In this document: piece by piece, positions 25,026-40,621 of the stretch
Numbering within the stretch: the stretch's first letter is position 1
Layout of the letters: every line of letters starts with the position of its first letter
NCBI GenBank assembly: GCA_045837725.1
Contig: JBEWZL010000011.1
Span: forward strand, 248,001-312,000
Origin: Vermamoeba vermiformis
Taxonomy: Eukaryota
Direction: 5' to 3'
DNA length: 64,000 nt
Notes under the pieces: generated by a model
The model's input: the letters and a program-made list of their open reading frames with translations, nothing else
Told to the model about the DNA's origin: nothing
Databases searched by the model: none
Made by a program: the position numbers and the translations under genes

Positions 25026-25829
25026 AATAAAGTAGATTTAAAAATTGTACGGATTTGTCTTGCAGCAACTGACCGTGTAATATAATTATAAATAAAGCCT
25101 TAATGCTATGAAAATAATTACAAATTATTTGTGCACTGTGACTTGTTCAATAAAACCATCGCGATCTGCGCACCCGAGTGATTATAGTCAGGGCCCGTAG
25201 TTGTGAAGCCGTATTCTTCAATATGATACAACTTATAGTGTAATTTATCGATTGCAATAATTGCGAGTTATGGTCGACTTATTAGAGAGTGGCTATTAAT
25301 GGACCTGCAGGATTTGAAAAGTTTTTTTCACTTTTTAATCTTACTTAACCTGCTTATTTCAAAATTGTTTCACCTATGAGATCAGCATCATAAGCTAATT
25401 TGATACAGCTTATTATCTCTTCTATTAGAGCAGTACAAAATTCTGTTTCTAAACTTGGTAGATCAGCGATAAAAATTATTCGAGATTATTTGAGATTTCG
25501 TTCGTGATAGCGGATTAGGCAAGACTGCACTATTCCCGCTTGTGAGATTTCGCAGCGGTATAAATTGTAATGGCGCATTTTTGTTGCACACAATAGGGCA
25601 TTATAAATACTACGGAATTTGGTAACAATAGCATCGTGATGGATACCGACAGAACCGATTCCGCTGGTTGTTAGACGCAATTACCGCCATTCAATCCTTA
25701 GAGCCAGCTGGAGATCCAACCAGCACTGATGTATATTAACTAACAGGTAAATTAATGCATAAATTAAGTTTAATTATTGGTCAAGATAGGGAAAAGATAT
25801 TTACTTTATTTTTAAAAGATTGAGAAAAA

Positions 25830-28081
25830 ATGGATCACAATATCCTTGAATCAAGCGAACCTTTCGAGTATAGGAAGCAGCTATTACATCCATTGATTGT
25901 AACACCAAAGATAATCAAAAGAATTCGAAGGAAATTAGAGCGCGAAAACAACTCAGATTTACAATTCGTAGATGAGCTCATAGACATTCCGTTCAAGGCT
26001 TGCCCAGCTCCAGAAAAATATTGCGTGGACTTCTTTTACGGATTTTTTATTCTTTGGCGCAAGATCTGCAATTACAATAACGCAAATAATACGTCAGGCG
26101 GATGCAGCAATTTTATTTCTTACTTAGCTGGTGGATTATCTTTCTATATCAACTTCTTTTGTCCAGAACTACTACGACCTAATTTTGACAACGACGTAGA
26201 TATATTTTCAAGTTCAAGACCAGATCTTGGTTAGCGAGCCGACAAATTTCGATATACACGGAGTGCGGCCTATTAATAGAAACACGATGCGTAACAACTT
26301 GCGCGCGTGCATTGACCAACAATTGAAGCACTTGCCGTTGGAGCATTGTTGCGCGTTTGGCTTGAGGCATCGTATGTAGCTTTTTAAAGCCCAATTAACT
26401 CATTACAAATGATCGAATAATACTTTCACATTATTGTGATAGAATAATTATGCTTTAAAGTCGTATTTTTTCTCGATCTGAGATCAAAAGTCTGGATGTA
26501 ATTTTCTTGCAAATATTTTTCACGTGACTGACATGATATGCATCTTATACGAATATTACAAGTGATTTAATAGTACCTTATATTTTTATTTTGCGTAGGT
26601 GGTGCTTTATTGTGGATCTGTGTCATGCAACCCGAACTCCCAGAAAATTCAACTATGATTCGATATACGCTGCGGGTAATCAAATACAGATTGTATTTGA
26701 GTGCGGGACAAGATTTATTGGAGCTCTTTGACGTCATGCAAGAGATCGAACGTCGTGCAAAAATTATGGTGGAAAATTATGGCAAAGAAACTGCACGTGA
26801 TTACGTTATTCCGCCAATTAATGTGCGTAAAAACAGTAGCGAAGTAGTTGCAAAGGCTAATGGTTCACTGAAACACTTGAACGATCGAGATCCAACGGAT
26901 GCAAAAAATCAGAAGAAGTTAAATACAACAGAATCGAATAATATGGACAGCGAAAGTGATTCAGAGGCTTTAGAATTAGAAAGAATATTAATGAAGATTA
27001 TTCCAGGAAAATTAGTGGAATTAGGGTGGGCGTTGACTTGGATCGACGATAACGTTATTCGCGTTGGAAAATACTACTTGCCCGAAAATAGCAACAATAA
27101 TAATATAGAGCCTATAGACGTGGCATTGATTGAAAAGGAAGGCAGAGATGATCGCGAGATTGAGTTTTTGAAAAGAATGAAGCATAAACACATTATTGCT
27201 TGTTATGGACATTACGCGCGGCCAATGAACGAAGGTACGTAAAATTTACCCTTAAAGTTAATATTATTGTGGTTTTAATAATACTCGTTCGCCTTGAAGT
27301 TTAAATCAATTAAAGTACGAATCCGGATCAGATCTTTTTGAAATTAACTTTGAAACTAAAGATAAGAAATATAGATACACCATAACAGCATTACGTTCAA
27401 TTAATATCGATATTTATATTAATACTAACCAAATATAAAAGAAGGACAGATCAAGTACATTATGCTGCTTGAAAGATTAAAACACATTGAAGCAGGCGAC
27501 GATCCGAAGAGATATCTCCTCTTGGCTTGCGATATCGCCAGTGGTTTGGCATATCTCCACAGCTTGAACATCATTCATCGCGATCTCAAGCCGAAAAATA
27601 TTTTGCAAACGCCGTATCGTAATGGGCGCGCTAAAATCGTTGATTTTGACTTGGCTAAAAAACTTAAGCCAAAAAAAGACTATAAAGCTTATGGAGAAGG
27701 CGTTGGTACAGATGGATTTATTGCGCCCGAGGTTTTAAAAGTCGATCTGGCAGTAGGATACGATTATAAGGCCGATATTTATAGCTACGGTAAAACATTA
27801 GAGAAAATTTTCGGAGAAAATGTAAGTCATTACATTAATATTTAAGCCAAAAAAATGCTGGCTGTACGCGGTCTTTGACCGGTCAACGTTTGGTCAAACT
27901 CAAGAAAAATCGATACTCCAATTAATTTCGGAAGTCCTAACGCTCTATATTATAGAAGCAGCTGTTCGATGCTACTCTAGCTAAGCTAGTTCATTGTTGC
28001 ACTAAAACAGATCCGACAAAGAGACCTAGCGCACGAGAAATAGTCAAGTATCTGTCGCACAAGTTTAAGAAAATGAAATAA
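25830..28081 (+). CDS. Ser/Thr protein kinase with a long N-terminal region; multi-exon
   Basis: REIEFLKRMKHKHII, HRDLKPKN, DFD (in place of DFG), GTDGFIAPE, DIYSYG and DPTKRPSA. Linkage of the first exon is inferred. Confidence 0.8.
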
Positions 28082-28866
28082 GTCGACTAAACGGCGTAGG
28101 TAAGCATAAATTGGTAACATTACCTCAAATTAACATACCGCAATACTTCTTTAGATCTACAATCGGATCAAGGGACAAAGCGAATTCAAAAGTAGCTTGG
28201 CATCATCAATAAGAACAGATTGAATTGCCTTCAAACGAACGACTTTAAACGAATGGAAATAACTGCCAGCACAGGCTGCTATTGGATCAGGTAAGCCACT
28301 TGCGCTAATTAATTGCTGCACACGAACGTTATTTAAATCAACATTTAGCCAATTCTATTGTCCTGAGTTGCTAATCGGCATCAATACAATATAATAACCT
28401 ATCTGAGAATTTACTGATAGTGTGTACCTTTCTTTCGGCACACAGAAGCAAACAAGATCCGCGTGCTGCCGAAATAATTTTTTGTTGTGGCTTGCTTGTT
28501 TCTTATGTGAGCTCACATTATTAATTGCAAAATTTCGATCCACATTTAGTGCTAGAAATAGCCTCTTGTTGAGACCTCCATTGAATTTTTTGGAACATCC
28601 GGATCAATTGTGTTCCTCGGATTGTTCAAAAAGTAGTATTCAACGGAAGCAATCGTCCCATTTGTGGGTCCACATCTAGATTTCGTACGCAAAGCTTGAT
28701 AATTGAGACCGGTTCACAAATTCCGTGATTTTTCTGACGGCTCGGGACTAGTGTCTCCAAGAAAATACTAGAAATACAACGTATCTTTAAATATTAGTAT
28801 AAAACGTTGTTCGGCTAATATTTTCTAATTTTTCATTCGATAATCAGCAAGAGACCACAAATAATA

Positions 28867-30441
28867 ATGTTGCGCGTACGATCTAGATCCAACTCAACCG
28901 AAAAGATGCGTGTAAGTAATACTCAACATCTGATCTCAAGTCATTGAAGTGTTGTTTAATATTTAAAGATTATTTGGACCAATAATTTACGTTTTGTCCC
29001 GTAGGTGGTTCAATCTGTTGAAGATCTAAGAAAGCAGATGAAGAAAAATAAGCCGTTTAGATTAGGCGACGTAAATAATATTACTGCCTATCTTACTAAA
29101 GGATGCAATCATTTGATGGACGCGATCAAAAATTGCAATAACGTTAGCACGATCCGATTTGCAACGCCTTTCGACAATACTCCGAAAGCCAAAGACCAAC
29201 CCTCATTTGATTGGAACAAGATATACGAAGCTCTTATCTCGAATACATCAATTACCTCACTCGAAGTTTACGTAGACAACCCAGAAATTTTCAAGATCTT
29301 CAAACGAGTTTTGAAAAAGAACCACAGAATCACCGAGCTTCATATTTCAGCATCAAATATTACAGAAGAATCATCGCGACATGTCTACGAAGCATTGAAA
29401 GCCCCATCCGGTCTCCAAACTCTCAGTTTTTGCAACTCGATCTTGCCAATCGAAATTTGGCGCAAAATCTGCCGAGGAATAGAACGCAATACTAGCCTTA
29501 AGAATATAGAATTTAGATTTGGTGTCTATGACGAACAAGCCTTGAAAATCATTTGTGGCGCACTTGCAAAGAATTCACACATTGAATCGGTCATTTTCAA
29601 CCAACCGAAATTGCACGAGACCAACGTCAAAGCCATCGCGAATATTCTAAGAAAAAATACTACTTTGAAGGCATTAGAGATTCGTGGCATCACCGTCAAT
29701 GGCATCGAATCACTCGGCGAAGCACTGAAGGAAAATTCCGGCTTGAAAAAACTCGCGCTGAAAAATTGCAAGTTGGACCATTACACGAGCGGTTTTCAAA
29801 ACAGCAAAGCAGTTAGAGTCTTAATTTCGACTTACCAAGGACGAGGCCGACAGCAACCATCTAACGACGCCGTTGTTTCAAAACGATTCAACTTTGACTC
29901 GTTTTGCGAGTCGCTGAAAGTCAACACTTCACTCGAGGAGTTGGATCTGTACGGATCTGCAATCACCGATCAATCAATCTGCAGCCTCAGCGACGTTATT
30001 AGCATCAATACTACTTTAAGAACGCTACGTTTATGTGTTAATGGCACTTCGCAGTCCCGAGGCTGGTCTTCGTTGATGGACTCGTTGACACGAAATGACA
30101 CTTTGACACGTGTCGATTTTGGATCCGAATATGTTCCTGGATCAAAAGATAGCCTAATGCAGTTATTGCAAACCAATAAGGCCATCAACGACATCACCAA
30201 TCTTGATAGTCTCGTTGGTGAAGGCTTCGAAGAAGTTCAGCTCGCGGTTACAAAAAACAAATTAGATCAGATCTCGAACGAAACCAATTCAACGATGCTG
30301 TTGAAAATGATGTCAATGCAACAAGACCAGTTCTTCTCAATTTTTCCGTTAGAGATTTGGCTTAATATTGTCGAGAACTTTAAATTCTCAGGCATCACTA
30401 CGGACTTTGTAAATACGTTCAGCAAATACTTAAAATTGTAA
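28867..30441 (+). CDS. RNI-like leucine-rich repeat protein
   Basis: ~28-aa repeats of the form (L..NTTL..L.L). A short first exon (28867-28911) splices to 29005. Confidence 0.85.
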
Positions 30442-30522
30442 ATTCCTATTTATTATAACAATGTAAATAAACTATCAAAACGATTAACATATGCAAGTGA
30501 CGACAAGGAAATCATTCACTCG

Positions 30523-30947
30523 TTATTCATACGGTCTCTTGCCATGTGTTCTTTCAGAGAGACTGATCCACTGCTTTAAAGTTTGGCTCAGCTCATCACT
30601 TAGGTTTGCAATTGTACTTTCATTCAGAAAAATTTGAACCATGGAATCTGTTTCTTCTTTTTGGGCATCCCTGAAAGAGGGCATTGTTGCACTAATAAGC
30701 AGGCTCTTTTCAGGCAAGTTCATCTGTTGTAATATTTGCCTAGAAGGGTTGCCTGAGTAAAAGTTAGCTGGCCTCTGCCTTTGTTTGTTCTGCTCAAATT
30801 TCTCCCACAAAGCTTTATAGCTGTCACTGGGGCTGCAAGACATTGACACTGCCACCAATGCTTTTTTTGATCCACTCTCTGATTCATTAATTGAGTCATA
30901 AAAACTTCGAAATCTGAAAGATACGTAACAATATCATTATGAACCAT
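30523..30947 (-). pseudogene. Frameshifted gene fragment of unknown family
   Basis: Two overlapping ORFs join across a 7-nt homopolymer at ~30862-30868. Most of the region is CpG-free. Confidence 0.4.
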
Positions 30948-31336
30948 GTAATGTACATATAATATATCTAATTACCTCATATTAGTTGCTTGCCTTCCCT
31001 TCTTCGTAATAAAACCAGTCGCTCCGAGAACGGATGAGACGCGCAGGGCCCGCGACGCTCCGACCATTAAGCAAGATATCATTAGAGCTTAATTAGCCAA
31101 GCGTTGTTGTTATACTTTCGTTACTAGCAAAAAAAACTGAAAAAATCGCAATCTTTAAAACCGCTAGGAAGTAAAGAAAAAGTATGCCCTCCGAAGGCCC
31201 AAAAATAACTAATTCGCATCAATTGAACCTAATGTACGGTGCTATTAGCTTCGCCGGCCACAAAGGTACAACGTACGTTGGGAATTTAGATCTGCAAATG
31301 GGCGGGAAAAAGAAATTTTTTTTATGTTACATCACC

Positions 31337-34298
31337 TTACGAGGCAGCGTTATAATACAAGATTGGTTTGTTACAATTCGGACAAATTTTCTTCGGCAAT
31401 TTGTTGTAACACGACTTACACATTACTTTGCAACCACATGCCGTCGTGATTTTCTTTTTCTTCTCGTAACAAATCATGCACTCGCTCTTTTCTTTCTTTT
31501 TCATCGCTTCGGCATGCGCTTTTTTCATTTTCATGAATACTTCAAAACCAAAGCCACCCGTAAGAATTTTGACCTAAAGACGAAGATATTATTAGTACCC
31601 TCGATATTCCAATGGTGTTTTAATTCAAAAGTGTGACACGTGTCACGAGAGAGATTACGATGTGACACGCGTCATAGTGACTAAAATTAGCTAAGAAAAT
31701 AATTATCGTTACTATGACCGTGGCACGTGACCGTTTGATATCGAAAGCACGTGCGAGATTGCAAATGACACATGTCATTACACAACGAGCAAGAAAGCTT
31801 ACTTGTTTCTCGAGCTCGGCGACTTTAGCATTAGCTTGTTGCAGCTGCGTGAATAATTCCGACACGTTCTGATTGGCCATATCAACAGGCTGCGGCGCAA
31901 CTTGTTGGTTAATGAACATATCGTCAGACATCGAATGGCTCTTCAAGAAACTGTCGTATCTTCCCGCCAATGCTTTTTCGTCGTCCAAGTCAACTTCAAT
32001 TTTTTCAGGCACGATTGTTTGATCTGTCGGCAAAATGTCGTGTTCTTCGTGCACACTGTCTTCATCGTCTGAGTCGCTCTTGCCTTTACTGCCATCGGCA
32101 CTATGAAAAAAAAAAGTTGGTTAGAATTGAATTCCTTACACGGTAAAACACAAATTATGACGTGAGATCTAGATCTGTCGGAGAAGGCCAATAAAATGAT
32201 CATCAAAATAATATTATATCGTTTGATAGGGTAATATCAAGTAACTTTTGTATGTCGCTTGCGCTACGTTACCTAAAGTACAGATCTATTTCCATTTCTT
32301 CGCGTGCTTGTTCTGCCTTCACGTCTTCATCTTCATCGTCCAGTACTATCACTTGTGAGTCCTTGGGTGAATCTAGTGGACTAGGAGCCAAATCTTCTTT
32401 GATCGGCGATGCGTCCATTGGCTCGTCCGGGATCTGCTCATGAGGCCGCCTTTGTTGGAGTCAGATTAGATTCCATAACACTAGCAGCAGCGTTACGTTA
32501 TTATGCCCGAGGACTTACGTCAATAGGAAATTGGTTGCACGTTCTACGTCACCACCGTAAGCTCGTAAAGCGAACAGAACTTTGAACCTCGGCATTCCCG
32601 GAAGAATTTCTTGGATCGCTTTGATCTGCAATCGAACGAAGGTAAGACCATGTACTATAGTATTTAAATGGAATATGTAACAGGATTGTTTGAAGTAAAC
32701 GATAAATGGCTCCAGTCTTGTACAAGGCTAATCTCGCACAGGAGATTTTAGCCAAAAAATGATGTTCCGTTACAAAAAATAAAATTGATAAAATTTTGTA
32801 ACGGCACCGTTTTGAAACCAAAAAAAATTCCTAGTACGTACTTTTTCTTCAGGAATAACCTTCTCTTTCTTCTTGCCATGCGACGGCTCTTCTTTCTTGT
32901 TCGTAGTCCTCGGGCTCATCGATCGATGTTCGTGCAGGCTATGTCTATGATCGCGCTTAGGCTTCTTCTCTTTGGTATCAGATTCGTTCAATCTCTTCGG
33001 CGAGATTAACGCGGAGATTCGCGCCGATCTGTCTCGTGGGCTAGCAACACCGCCGCCTGGATCTTGATTGTTATTTACATTGTTATTGGCGTCGCTGCTT
33101 ATACTATTGTTATTTATATTGCTATTGGATTTGCTGAGATTGCCGTTCGATGAAGCGGATCTGTTTCGTTTTTCTTTGTGTGGCGCTTCTTTTGCAAATG
33201 CTTGCGCTGGAATTTCATTTACAATGTCTATTGACAATCGAAACCTCTCTATATCTACATATACATTAATCAATATTAAATGTTAAATCCACAGTTGAGG
33301 GCTTCAAATGAGGGTTTTGGATCAGATGTCGATAAATCTTGGTGATTAATATATAGAGGGTCATATTAATACTTACTAGAAAATAGCTCTATTTCATCGC
33401 CGTTCTTTAAGTGCACTGGCTCTTCTTTTGATAAAATACGTGTTTTATCTCTGTTCTGTTTGCGTGCGTACCGCGAGTAATTCATGCCAGTCTAAAATCA
33501 CAACAATCAGGTCAATTATGAGTTATTTATTATTAAGTATAACCATAGGAATGATTTCTAGTCAAAATCGGGAATTTGATAAGCTTGCAAAGATCCAAAA
33601 TTTTTCGAATCGAAAGCGCGGGATCTGACAAGCGTACATGCATAAAATCAAAACGCCGCAATTTGCACGTAATATTAATTCCATATTTAAACAATAAAGA
33701 AGTTTAAATGAATATTGACTTACGTTTTTAACTGAGACGCCGCCAGGAATATTAGCGACTATCATTAATTGATTTCGACTTATTCGCGTGTCTGTAATGC
33801 CTAATGACTATAATAATAGTTAGAATATGCATTAAATCTGTGTAACACAGAGATTCGGACGATTTTATGGAATTATTTTAAATCCGAAAATTTGACGAAT
33901 GTAGCGCGATACATAATCGGTTAAAAATCAAATATGATTCATTATAATAATGACGTAATATTATTAAAATATTTCTGAATGAACAGAATCGAGATTTCGC
34001 ATAGCAAATGAATGATTAATTTTTTCGGATTTGAAATTGACTCGGTCCCGTATTAATAACTGTTTTTCATCCTACGTACTTTACTTCTACCAAAATAAAA
34101 CGTCTCTCCATCTTTTAAATACTGTAGTATTTTTTGACGTGCTGAGACTTCAAATCCATTCGCATCAACCGGGACAAGCTCCAATTTAATGTATCGATTG
34201 TCAATTACGGATTTCTTAATATTTTCTTTGCTATTATTTAATGATCCTCCGACTTTCAAAGTCTTCTCCCGTCGCAAGTGCTTTCTGTTTTCTTCCAT
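31337..34298 (-). CDS. FHA-domain + C-terminal RING finger protein (CHFR/RNF8-like architecture)
   Basis: FHA motifs FYFGR, DTRISRNQ, GMNYS and LKNGDEI. Low-complexity middle and a coiled coil. RING-like CMIC...CGC..MCKSC...CPNC. Confidence 0.75.
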
Positions 34299-34468
34299 CT
34301 TGAAAATCCGGATGGGCAAGTCTTGAATATCTTTTCACGGATTATCTCTTATAAGGATGACTATTTACAATTATTAATATAATATGATGAGGTCCTCTTG
34401 CATTTGTTTACAAAAATAAAACTTTGCGCCGCGTTTTTTTTTTGTTTTCCACGCCAATAGACAACACA

Positions 34469-37400
34469 ATGGGCATTAAAATCAAGGTACTAAGTATATG
34501 TTAATTATTAATATAATGGTCGTATTAACATAATTAGCTCTTTGTTATCTTATCTTTGGCTGTTGCAGCGCTGTCAACTCGAGTTGTTCTCGAATCTACT
34601 GCACGCCCGCACGTGTCAATTGAATGGTAGTAATAATAACGCAATATTATAATTATTGAAGCATAATATTTACCCGAAACATTTATTGAAGGGCAAAGGT
34701 CGGAGATGCTGATCCTCACGCTCTTATTGACTTGAGTTTCCCACTTAAACAACGCAACCTTGCTGCCTTCGAGGTATTTATTATATATTAACGATTTTAA
34801 TTGTAATTTTATGCATAATTAGCTACCTAGCGAGCATTTATTTAACCAAAAAAAATATCTGATATTTTTCTTTTTGCAAAGCAACATCGCTAGTTCTAAT
34901 TTGATGCTGCATTGATTTTATGGTGCAATGGTTAACAATATTATTATTAACTGATTAAATTCGTCCTTCGTTTAGAAATTTCGGACTACATTTCATTTCA
35001 AGCAGGCTGACAGCCTTTAATCCACCATTTACTATACATAAATACTTAACATTATCTATAGGCACGTGTTGAGGCCTTGAGCGACCCTTCTTCGCATGAA
35101 TACGGCAAGTACATGACTATCGACCAGATCCGACAAATGATCAGCCCTCCTAAGTCTGCTGCTGCCGTAAGTACCCATTAGATAATATACTCTCCTATAT
35201 ATGATTCAAACTCATAATATCTGCGTACTAAACGGCTTAAAATAGACCGTAATTGAATGGTTGCAACAACACCGTGTGACCCAAATTGAAGACCTTAGCG
35301 ATTGGGTTCGTGCTACTATGACTGTAGAACAAGCTGAGAAGCTCTTGCAGGTAATAATGTTAATCTACAAAGCATTAAATCTTCGCGTACCGGCTTGAAA
35401 GTAGCGGATGCACTTCGATCTTGTTAATAACTTCTCTAACGCTATTAAATAGGTTGATTACCATCACTACCGCCACATCATCAAGAACGTCGAAGTTATT
35501 CGTGCTCCCCAACACTACACCGTTCCTCAACACATTGCGGATGTGATCGACTTTGTTGGTGGCGTCTTCAGATTCCCTAGTAAGACTATATAAAATAGTA
35601 TAATTTATTTGGTACTTATTTATTATGCGCTATTAGAGGTCCCTAAGCCTGTTTTCCAATTCCCTGGCCAACCCATCACTCCGGCTACTATTCTTCAATT
35701 GTACAACGCTACTACGCTCCCTACTTATTCTGCTAACTTGCAAGTACGTATAATGTTGCCTATAATCATATTATATATTCGCACTGCCACCTTGCAGTCA
35801 ACCAGTCGAGGGATTTCTACTATAATTAGCCGATCGAGACAAAATATTGCGTAGCGGAATTGAAAATGTACAAATTCAATCTAATATGATATATATAGGC
35901 TGTAGTGTCATTCTTGGGCCAATTCTTCGATCCCGCTGATTTGATGCAGTTCCAACAGAACAACAACTTGCCCAACAACTCGATCGAGAAAATTATTGGT
36001 CCTAACGACCCTACTAACCCTGGTGAGTTATATAAGGGAATATTAAATAGCTATATGTACTAACGAAGGATCTATAGGAGTTGAAGCTAGTTTGGACGTC
36101 GATTTCCTCGTTGGAATTCCGGGCAACATCCGTACCTGGGTCTGGTCCACTGCTGGACAACGCCCGTTCGGCAACGAGCCTTTCTTGGACTTCTTGATGA
36201 ACGTCTCAGCTACCACTAACGGTAATATTGGCACTTATTTCAGAACGAATCCGGATCAGCTAACCTACTTTTCTTTTCGCTTAGTTCCTTACGTGTTCTC
36301 CATCAGCTACCAAGACTTCGAGAACACCGTGACTCCGGAATACGCCATGCGTGTATCAGCTGAATTCATGAAGGGCAATGCTCGTGGTTTGACCTTCGTT
36401 ACCGGATCTGGTGATTGGGGTGTTGGATGCACTAGCTCTCCTGCTGACTCGACCGACCAAGTCAATTGCAACGTATTTACTGCCGATTTCCCCTCATCTT
36501 CTCCTTACTTGACTTCTTTGGGTACGTGCTCGAGTTAGATTCGCTTGCTCAATTTTTCTGCCGTTACATGAGCTTACTAATACTCGAATATACAGGTGCT
36601 ACTTACCTTACTTCTAGCGGCTCCGAGAAGGCTGTTTCTTTCTCATCCGGTGGTTTCTCTAACTACTTCAAGCGTCCTACCTGGCAGGTACGATCCACAT
36701 CCGAATTGAACCAACGAACTTGCACCTAATACGCCAATTCTAATTAGAGAGATGCCGTTGCTAAGTACATGAGCGGTCCTAATGTCCCTCCTACCTCTTA
36801 CTTCAACACTACCGGCCGTGGTTTCCCTGATCTTGCTACCGTCGGAACTAACTTCCAAGTACGAGCAAATTTGAACCTAAGAATACTTTTATCAATTTTA
36901 TTTTGTTGCTGATTTAATAATATGTCCTAACGATGCATTATTATCCCCGTAGGTTGTTATTGGTGGCAGCACCGAACCTGTCTCTGGAACTAGCGCTGCT
37001 ACTCCTACTTTTGCCTCTTTGATCTCCATGTTCAACACTTTGAGGTACGTATCTTCATATTACTAATAATAATTATTACTTGATCCGAACTTCCAATTGG
37101 ATCACATCCACAATTTCTTTTATTTCTTAACCCTCTTGTGTTGTAGATTGGCTCGCAAGCTCCCTGTTGTTGGTAACATCAACGCGTTCTTGTACAAGGC
37201 TTGGGCTATTTCTCCTAAGGCCTTCACCGATATTGTTCAAGGCGATTCTCAAGATCAAGGTTGCTGCAATGCGAACTTCGCTACTGTTCCTGGCTGGGTA
37301 CGGCTATCCATACTGATGAAGTTAATATATATACTAACATTACGAATAGGATCCTTACACTGGTTTGGGTACTCCTAACTGGGGAGTTCTCGCCGAGTTG

Positions 37401-37469
37401 CTGATGAGCAACAAAGTTTTTGTTAACTTCCCTGCTCCGGCTGAAATGCATAAGCCTGAGTACAAATAA
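34469..37469 (+). CDS. S53 sedolisin / tripeptidyl-peptidase I-like protease; multi-exon
   Basis: Signal peptide and prodomain (SDPSSHEYGKYMT). Catalytic motifs EASLD, GSGDWG and SGTSAATP. Ca-site GWDPYTGLGTP. Confidence 0.92.
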
Positions 37470-37648
37470 GGCTATATAACATTGTTATTGTGGACACCAT
37501 GAGATAAATAGCTGTTTCAGTACAAAAATACTTTTTCGCGATCGAGAAATCCCGACGATTCTTTGAGGAAAAGTCGTCATAATATAAAACAATCATCTTG
37601 CGGCGAGCATTTTAAGTCAAACCAAATTACATATAACCACAATCCAAT

Positions 37649-38024
37649 ATGGCAACAAGAAAGTCTATCCCTGTATGTAATCGCAAAACTTTTCAGCAGC
37701 TGATCTCCATATCTCACCATAATTGACCTTTAGGAATCCAAGAATAAACTGGTAGACGCTATTACCAATAATAATGTCGAAGAAAGAGTCCGAGAAGCTT
37801 TTAATCAATATGACAAAGACAAATCTGGCACTTTGAACAGAGAAGAATTTTCTTCATTCGCAAACGATTTGTTAAATATTATTCGCGAAGGAATGGACAG
37901 CGCTGAATTATTAGAAAAATTTACTCCGAAGCATTTTACAGAAACAATGTTTGCGAAGCTGGACACAGACCACAATGGCAAGATCTCGTACAATGAATTC
38001 AGAGAGGTCTTGAAAAATATTTAA
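37649..38024 (+). CDS. Small two-EF-hand calcium-binding protein
   Basis: EF loops DKDKSGTLNREE and DTDHNGKISYNE. One intron. Confidence 0.88.
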
Positions 38025-38115
38025 ATAATAAATAGTATACTATAGTATTAATTTTGTTTAGTGTGAAGCTTTACATTGCGTAAAAAAACGGATCGAGTCC
38101 AACAAATCTAAATTC

Positions 38116-40297
<2,182 letters not shown>

Positions 40298-40621
40298 CGT
40301 GTTATATTACAACAAAGTGTTACTTGTGGAATGGAAGTACTTCGTTATTTACAATTTATCAAATACTAAATTTCCAGTGACGAAGTTTTGCTCGTTAAAT
40401 TTGGCCATGAAAAAATTGACCGTCAAAATTTAATTTGAACGGCCAGTAAGACCTCAATACGAAAATTTGATATTTAAAGGAGTTCATTGGACGCAGGAGG
40501 AAAAAGGGACGGACTGGGATCTCTCATCGGCAAATAATAGTTTTCCCTCGGGACCAGAAAAAATTCAGAAAACGCTATCTTTGGGTTTGATTGCAATAAT
40601 TCTAGTATCTCTGATGGCAAG

